Source: Tubiluchus corallicola (Eukaryota; Animalia; Priapulida). Taken from it: 64,000 bases of DNA. A program made the position numbers and the translations under genes. This document shows positions 56,083 to 64,000 of the stretch, piece after piece. Each line of letters opens with the position of its first letter. Position 1 is the stretch's first letter. The stretch is from positions 124,001 through 188,000 of the forward strand of contig JAQGDQ010000414.1 in assembly GCA_030141605.1 (NCBI GenBank), in the 5' to 3' direction. The notes under the pieces were generated by a model. It searched no databases. It saw only the letters and a list, made by a program, of their open reading frames with translations, and had not been told where the DNA came from.

Positions 56083-57540
56083 AGGCAGATAGCATAACCT
56101 TCATTAATTAACATTAAAACAATACACGCACAGGAGTACGATGTACATTGTACAATGTGAAAAATCCTGCACACTGATTGGGCAGTCAACAGAGAATGAC
56201 TTTCTTGTTCATTTTTTCTTGTTTTCGAGCAAGATCCTGCTAATAAATCACTCTTCGCACAGACTAATGCATACTTAAGTAAAGTTCACATAAAACAACT
56301 GAAGCTACTGGACTGATGCGGCAGACCGCTTTGCTCTGCACACATGTCAGGTAACAGTTGTAGTTAAGATGCGTTGCTGTGGTACACTTATCTTTTGACC
56401 TGCAATAACTGCGCGTGCACACAACTTATTGCTGAGCTTCTAAAACCAAACTCAAGCGAAGAAAAAATTGAACAGTAGGGATTGACTCTTAATCAGAACC
56501 GGAAAACTTTGGATTACAAGTCCAATGCCACGAACCTTACTAGTGCTGCGACCAGAAGAGCCCTGCTAGTCTAGTTACAATGTAGCGTTGTAATCCAAAG
56601 CTCGGTAGTTCAAATCTCGGCAGTCTGTTTTACATTTCTTTTCCTTTAGTCATATGAAGTTCTTAAAACTTGTCAGCGGACGAGTTCCATCATTAACTGG
56701 GACTTTTAGTCTTTTAGTGGTGATGCTGCGTTTAGCACAGTGATGACGGACGGTATTAGTCTCAATGGCAGCACCAGCATCATCAGTGAGGAGCCAATGA
56801 TAATAACGACAACATTGATTAACTGGCGATGATGCTAAATAACTTTTAATCTGTTGCCACCGTGCTGTAGTTTTATAGGATATAGGCAAGTTTATTGATG
56901 ATGATGATGATGACGATGACGATGACGACGACGACGGCGACAATGATGAAGATCACAACGGCGGTGAAAACATACTAAATGTGACAGTTGGAAGTAGAAA
57001 CTTGCTACAATAAGGACGCACAAGCGTTTTGCCCTATCGTACAAAAGTAAGCAAAGGTGCTAATTAAAATGAAGCCATTTACATCAGTAACCCAATACGT
57101 TTCGTATACACGCACATAATAGCGTGTTAACGTTAAATAGTCCTACTCGGTTTTAATTAACAGACACATAACTCTACATCGGTGAGCACAATATGTATTA
57201 TGGTCGCTATGGCAACCACCAAGAAGGGTATTCAGGACGGATAAAAGGGCGGTAGAGTTAGCCCATTGTTGCTTGCATGAACCCACTGAGGTATTCATGT
57301 AACTTATATCGTGTATGGCGTGCGTTGCACAACTGTTTACTTAATGAGCACTGGGTAATGACTATCCTTTATAACAAGAAAAATACGAAATTTTTGATTT
57401 TTGAAATAAAAATAACAGCCAGCACCCACTTAAGCAAAGACGTGGCTTTTATTTAGACACAATATCTGCAACGTTTCGACACAGTTAAGGTTGCACATGA
57501 AGAGCAACAACAAATGAGATGGTTTCATTTTACACTATAC

Positions 57541-57850
57541 AACGACACTCAGTAGAGCGCAGACCTCCACCACAGCACGCAAATTAATTTCGAGCACCCT
57601 TTCTTTTAACAATTTTCCTGCAGCGCCATATTGTAACGTCACAAAGAATTTTCCCATAAAACCTGTAGTTAATCAATAAAAATCGATTTTCTTTAGCAGT
57701 TCTTAATTGATAGTTACCAAAATTTAGTAAATTGTTTCTTGTCCCATGCCCCATTCCACCAGAAAGTTTCGTGGAAATTAGTTAAGTAACTTTTACGTAA
57801 TCTTACTAGCGGTCAAACAAACAAACAGAAAAATAAACAAACAAACGACG
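57541..57850 (+). mobile_element. Non-autonomous Helentron/DINE-like element, 3' hairpin missing; family shared with 70-222
   Basis: Starts cactcagtagagcgcagacctcc, core ccaaaattt...cttgtcccatgcc...aagtttcgtggaaatt, followed by (AAAC)n. Confidence 0.5.
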
Positions 57851-60149
57851 GTCTGACAATTACCAAGCTCAATTTTACTTTACCTATTTAAAACATAATC
57901 ACATTTGTTTAATGCGTAATATCAAAATAAAATAAAACTATAGAAAAATAACATAGAACATAGACTCTAGAAAAAGATATACACAAAACTAATGGTACCA
58001 GAAGTTTATGAAAATTATTACGCCATTTAACAGTTTTCACTTTTCTATCGATGTCAAGTCGATGACCTCAATTCTAAATCATTTATGAGCCTTTTCTAAA
58101 TTACACTGCCTATAGGACATTTCGCTCGAAGTTAATTTGGCTAATTTTGGATATGAGTTACCTATAGCGGCATGTACAACTCAACCTAAATGAAAAAGAT
58201 TCTGTTGGAATTTGTTCTGGGTTCGTCCCTTTTTTTATTAGGAAGACACGTCTGTATTTTGCTAAACAGAAACTTGCTAGCTGATTTGTTCTGATTGCTC
58301 ACTGGCTGCGCGATGGTAACGAAAGATCATTTATTTTTAGATTGATCAAAAACAATGCAGCGCTTATTTATAAAAAGATAGTTGAATCCTACTGTAAAGT
58401 CTTGGACTTGACATTCATAGTAGCACAGCGGAGTGCAGAGTATTGGCTTCATGTATATTATTGTGTTCCTGGCAAGCACCCTTATAACGCCTAGATCTAG
58501 CTAACATTGTTGGATTGTTCTGACTCGCTGGTAATAGCTTTAACAATAGTTAATCAACACTATTATTTCGCTCACAAGTCAACTAATCTTGCTTGGCTTC
58601 TCAATTACGCACCTCGTCCAGACGCAACTCGTCGATAATGCAAGACTAGCACATCAGCACAATGAGGTCTGGCAAAAAAATAAAAACTATAGATGAAGTA
58701 TTTTTGACCCTGTCTTTTTGCTCTAAAATTCTTTAGACTTGGATCAATGACTTGCCCTGCTACAGCAGAGTACAAAAATTCACAAAAAATTTTAATTATC
58801 CTAACTAAGTTTATAAACTATCCCACTTGCATTTGTAAACTGTTACAATTATATTGATACCATATTTAAGCTTCTGTACACGTAAACAAAAGTTGATGTG
58901 TATATGTTTTATTTTACTCTTGCAACTAGCATTGTGGCGAACAACTAATTAATTAACTTCAAAAGAGTTGTTACCATGCAGTACACTCGAAGGTTTATTA
59001 ATTTAATCATTGATTTCATTTGAAAATCTACTCTTTTTTTAAATTATTCTATTAAATTTGTATTATTTGCTGAATGAAAATCAATAAATTTTGAATTCTA
59101 AGAACAACAAGCGCCTATCGTCCCTAGTAGCTTACTAACAAAATCCAGAATGCAAGTTTTGCCCATACGTTTGATAATCTGAAAACCGACTTAATTTTGA
59201 ATTCTCGCTAATGTTCGTCACTCAAGGATTGTCGTAGAACTGAGTATTTAATTCAGCCTGTGGGCTGCACACCCAAGCCGTAGTTTTACATTGAATATTC
59301 CTATTCTTTTGCATTTAAAGGAAAAGCCAAGTCTTCTGGAAAGTTAGTCTTACTTCAGTGTTCGCGAAAAGTGTTAGAAGAATTTAGTAATAAAAGTGTG
59401 ATAAGCACCTGGATTAATCAGTAATATCACTCTAAAGCCCGGATCATTTCACACTTGAACACTCCCATATTGAAGGCCCATTCTCCCACCAATGACATCA
59501 TTCATCGGCTGAATAATAAGTGTTTATAAAAACTTAGATAACTAATTTTGTGACATTTTTGCACGAACATTAAGATGCAGAAATTTAAATTAGTTTAAAC
59601 AGTGCGAGCTCACGAAGTTTACCAGTTATATCATAATTTTCAAGTAAATAGCGGCCACCACCTCGCTTGAAAAATTCTATACAGCAGTAGTATAAATTAA
59701 CTTGATGCTTTATGGACAGTTTTTTGTCAATTACTTTGTTGCATTTTTTCTGTGATGAGTAATAAGTCTAAGTGATAACGGTAAAATAAGAAAACCTGCC
59801 AAATGAGTGTCATTTCCTTTAAAGCTTTGCATGTAAGGAAAAATATAAAATGGCATCTCTTATACGTAGATACGCTATAGACACGTGATTATAGAACAAT
59901 TCGCGAAAATAAGGACTGTTTTTCAATGCTGTCTCCAAACTTAAACCAAACGCTGAATCGAACCCACGCTGCTTCTAGATATATCACTTTAGTTGTCCAG
60001 ATTTTTGGGGCGTCCTGTATAATGTCATCACCACTGTGAGGCGGCTGCAATAACAGTTACATTATTGGCTTCGTGATGACAACGATTTAAGCGCTGGAAT
60101 AAAAACATTAGTTTAGAACCACAAGAGTGATTTTTTTAGTCAACAAAGT

Positions 60150-60395
60150 ATAAACTAAACAGTAGCAAACAACGAAAAGGCGGCAAACAAAACATGGCGT
60201 CGGCTGCCTGCTACACGAGGGCCATTGTTCTGGTATTATTCTTCGAAGACGGTACACATTCCAAGCGATTCTTATTGAGGAAAATAGACAAATATTGATA
60301 GTGATGTTTAGGCAGTCTCGAGCCTGTTTAGCCACCAGCTTTTTCACATTCCAACCATTGAAAATCTTTTTGCAACTCCAAGATCTTGCCAAATC
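60150..60395 (-). mobile_element. Possible decayed CR1/L2-like LINE remnant
   Basis: QDLGV followed by LVAKQARDCLNI in a shifted frame, resembling the post-RT DLGV...VxKAxRxL region. Confidence 0.25.
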
Positions 60396-61218
60396 TTAGC
60401 TAAGAATGTAACAATTCCCGTATTGTCCTTTCTTAGCACCTTTGTGTTGAGAATCTCTCGAGCACAAACATTGTAACAAGTGAAAACAGTACATTGAGTG
60501 ACTACAAAGTCAGGCAACTGTCAGCTTGTGCAAGATGGTGAATGAAAAAAGCTGATTTTGCCCAATTTTCTCTCCTTTGTTCTTAACAAAACAAACTTGA
60601 TCAAGGGCGGGCGGAATGGCTTAAACTCGTTCCAACACTGATAAATATTGTGAGATGGAATTTGCCTTTGAATTTACCAACTAGGTGAAGAAAAAAATGG
60701 AAAATCATGGTATTTATTCTTGTCAAAGGGGCATTGAATTTGTATTATTATTGGATAATTAAACAACGAGGTGAAGAACCAAGGAAAAATGTGCTAAAAA
60801 GGAAAATTCAAGAAATCGACAAAAAAGTCATGAAAAGAAAGCAGTGAAAAAGTTTGAATGCAGTGGCCAAAGATGAAACTAGCTACATAGTGGATTTGTT
60901 GTTATTAGCTTTTTGCATAAAACTAATTAAAAAGTCGAATTGCATGTCTTCCTCTTAGACTTCTTTGTCTCAGTTTTAAAGTTTGCTCTAAACGGAAACT
61001 GATCAGTAATTCACTACAAATCTTTAGACTTATTGTTAGCAATAAATTTATGACTGAAATTTGCCAATATTTTCTGCGAGCAGTAATGAGGAAAGCTTAT
61101 CTGTCACGGTCTGATGGTTATTGTTGGCACCGACTCGTGTGCTTAAATTAGCTTGTTTATTATAAAATAGTTGCACAAAGTTGTAGTAAGAAATATTCGT
61201 AATCGTGAGAGATAGTGC

Positions 61219-61253
<35 letters not shown>

Positions 61254-63192
61254 ATCCTATAGGTGTGTTGGACTGGTGGTAGTGGTGGTGGTGTTGCTGT
61301 CGTTGCCGTGGTCATTGTAATTGGTTATTGGTGACGGCTGTGACAATAATGACAATGGCAATATGACGAAGATAAGAATGATATAATAGTGATAGCTATG
61401 ACGATTCTGAAAATGACGACAACCATGTCAGCTTAATTTGTTCTCATGAAGTCCGTCAGTTTGTCATTAACAAAGCTCTCTGTCAGAAAACAGGAAATCC
61501 ACTTGACAAGACTTAGCAGGGCAAATGTGTTGCCGTCTCCTCTTTAGCGGAGGTTACATTAAGAGGAGTATAGTGTCTCTTGTAGAAATTACGCACAGCA
61601 ATCCAATTGTGCCACACAATTACGCCAGTAAGAAGCTTGAAGAAACGTGTGATGTGATCACTGTTTGAAGTGGTTTAAAAGCACATAATACCGACAATGA
61701 AAGCAGAAGGTTACAATCTAATACTTGTAGTCTAATTGAGAAGCTTAAATAACTGATGACACTGAATTTGACATGTTCTTCGCGGCTTGAAAGAGAATCT
61801 GTGAGGGCGGGCCTACCATCAATTAAAACATTTTGTGATTTTTTTGCTAAGTACCTGTGTTTGTCCTGTCATTTTACTGAGTAGAAAAAGAAATAAATGA
61901 TATAAATCAATATTACCTACCCCTAGATGTAAAACTGAGAGATTCAAGAACAGTTTTATCTCGTTTTGTTTATTTATTTTCCTAACATAACTTTAAACTC
62001 ATTTTAACTTATTTCGTTCATGTAACAGTGTAACAGTCTAGTCGCTGTATGTTCTACCTAGCTTATTCTTTTAAAAAAAATTATATTTCCTAATTTTATG
62101 CTGCAATTCAAACTTTTGATTATAATGATGATAAATGAACTTATATACTATATAGAAATCAATACTAAAATATTTTTCATTTCTGTTGATTGTCTTAATA
62201 CACACGTTCACCTCTATATCTGATGCGCAAAAATTAATGTAAAACTATTATTCTTCTAGCAGAGTCTGTCTTTTTGTCAAACAGGAGCTACAGAAATATA
62301 AAGGACGTTAATTTAATCAATGAGAATACAATTTGAAGCAAACTCAGTTTAATCAATTTGAAGACCATAAACAATAAACTTTGTGCCAACCATAATGTTA
62401 AAGCTGCATAACACATTTTAATTTTTTATTAGTAACAATTAAAGAGTACATCTATACACAATTTCGTGTTAAATTGAGAAATGAAAGAAGTTTTACTGTG
62501 TAGCAAGTTGAACACGTTTCAGCACTCGGAATTTCATTCTACACACGGGCAGAAAAACTTAATGAAAAAATGCTTATAAGGCAAATAAATTATTCCTCAA
62601 AAGTGTTTTATTTATCGTTATTCAAGTTGAGTAATTCAAAATACCGATCTTAAAAAGTGATTACGTCATTACAATCATAAAAAACAAAAGTCATAAAAAA
62701 CAGTTATTACGATCAGTCAGTTTAGCTGACAAAGTTTCTAAATCTAAGTAACTAAGTCTCGTAACTGAGCAATCACGAAAAAGTAGTTTGCCTTGTTTCT
62801 ATATTAAAAATATGTTTCATGACTTTATACTGTATTTAACACAAGCTCAAGACAATGCTGAACACTGTGTGTGTGTTTCTTAGAAAAAGTCAAATTACAT
62901 AGATATTATCTTCACAAAATATGTATGATCGGCTGCAATGTTACGCAACGAACTGCCTATTTTAACAATAAAGTAAAAGTGAAAGTGCAAAGTAGAGTTG
63001 TCCATGAAATGCATGGGAAGAGGTATTTAGATCAGTATCATTAGAAATTCTCAATTCAAGGCTATGTCAGCCAAGAAAAGTGATTTACTGTTTTACACTG
63101 ATTGTTACTGCGATATCATACGTCATGTATAGAATCTGTTTTGAAAATCAGAGGTCAATGTTTACAAACAAAAATCTGATTTAATCTTCGTA

Positions 63193-63826
63193 GAGTGGCA
63201 TAGCAAATGCGTGGGGCGCCCGGGGGCAAAAAAGCTTCTGGCGCCCTACCTTTCTAATATTTTGATCATTTGTTTCGTGGACGAAGCTGCAAATTATTGC
63301 GTTTTTTGTGCCTGAGCCCCACTTTCCTTTCGACATAACTGGTTAAAGATCAACGATTTTTTCCAAGAATAACCCTGAGTCTGATTTGCGGCACTGCAGA
63401 ATAACTCTTTTCTATGCATTAGTTACGCTTAACACGACAGTCCTTAAACTTTCAGCTCCAGCACTAAAACGTACAAATATTATGAAAGATACAAAACACT
63501 GCAGATTTTCAATAATGCAATCCGTATTTAGAGAAATGTCACTGTTTCTCCTAAAATTACCGATCTGCTAAGCCACACAACACTCTACACACGCCTTTAA
63601 GCAGCAACATTAGCCTTTTTTCTAGGATATATGTAGTAATTAAGCTACGATGATCTCTAACTAGGCAATTTTCTTGTTGTTTGAAAACTTTTGTTAATTA
63701 TTTTGTTAATGTCGGATTATTAATTAATAATTAACAGTCATTGAATTCTAGAAAAAAAATTGCATCCTCCCACCGTTATCGCCTGGGAGCGATTGCCCCT
63801 GCGTCCTCCACCTTGCTACGCCTCTG
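63193..63826. mobile_element. Non-autonomous hAT-like DNA element, ~630 bp
   Basis: TIR gagtggcatagcaa / ttgctacgcctctg, GC-rich subterminal motifs, and 8-bp flanks tcttcgta / tcttcatc (6/8 identical, a probable TSD). Confidence 0.7.
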
Positions 63827-63904
63827 TCTTCATCCATAAAGGACTGGTATACGGTTGGTGGAAACATTTAGGTTTTTCGACTTTCCGAACACTTTAGCAA
63901 TGTA

Positions 63905-63992
63905 CAGTATCGGATCAGCACCTAACGCCATAACGCTACTCAACAAACAGAAAGTCTGGGTTCAATTCCCGAGTGACTTCGGATTTTTTTCG
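63905..63992 (+). mobile_element. tRNA-derived SINE head remnant
   Basis: B-box gggttcaattccc followed by cggattttttt, as at 48672-48758. Confidence 0.4.
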
Positions 63993-64000
63993 GTCAGACA

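Noticed and set aside
55679-56104. WMDG/RTDG-repeat ORFs
   Set aside because: Tetranucleotide microsatellite artefacts.

Overview
This is AT-rich, microsatellite-dense eukaryotic DNA from an invertebrate animal, not a prokaryotic region. The only confidently identified gene is a SoxD-group HMG-box transcription factor (Sox5/6/13, Sox102F-like) on the minus strand. Eight coding exons (18466-17923, 7239-7051, 6510-6376, 4405-4143, 3566-3415, 2638-2471, 1934-1681, 714-565) join with GT-AG sites in consistent phases to give about 618 aa. That protein carries the MSSKRK start, the SoxD coiled coil, a PLNLS CtBP motif and the HMG box, and the gene probably continues off the left edge. The HMG sequence [10 protein letters not shown] resembles the protostome type. 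The remaining ~45 kb is SoxD 5' intron or upstream DNA containing simple repeats, decayed LINEs, SINE heads, MITE/foldback and Helentron-like elements, and a few repeat-free islands that look regulatory. Almost all ORFs in the supplied track are microsatellite artefacts. The most unusual items are an orphan 156-aa ORF with an internal repeat (34665-35135), an exon-like ORF just before the HMG exon, a 20-aa insertion after the HMG box, a satellite-carrying Helentron-like element beside the first coding exon, and Sox/TCF motif clusters. I see no convincing new multi-gene system.
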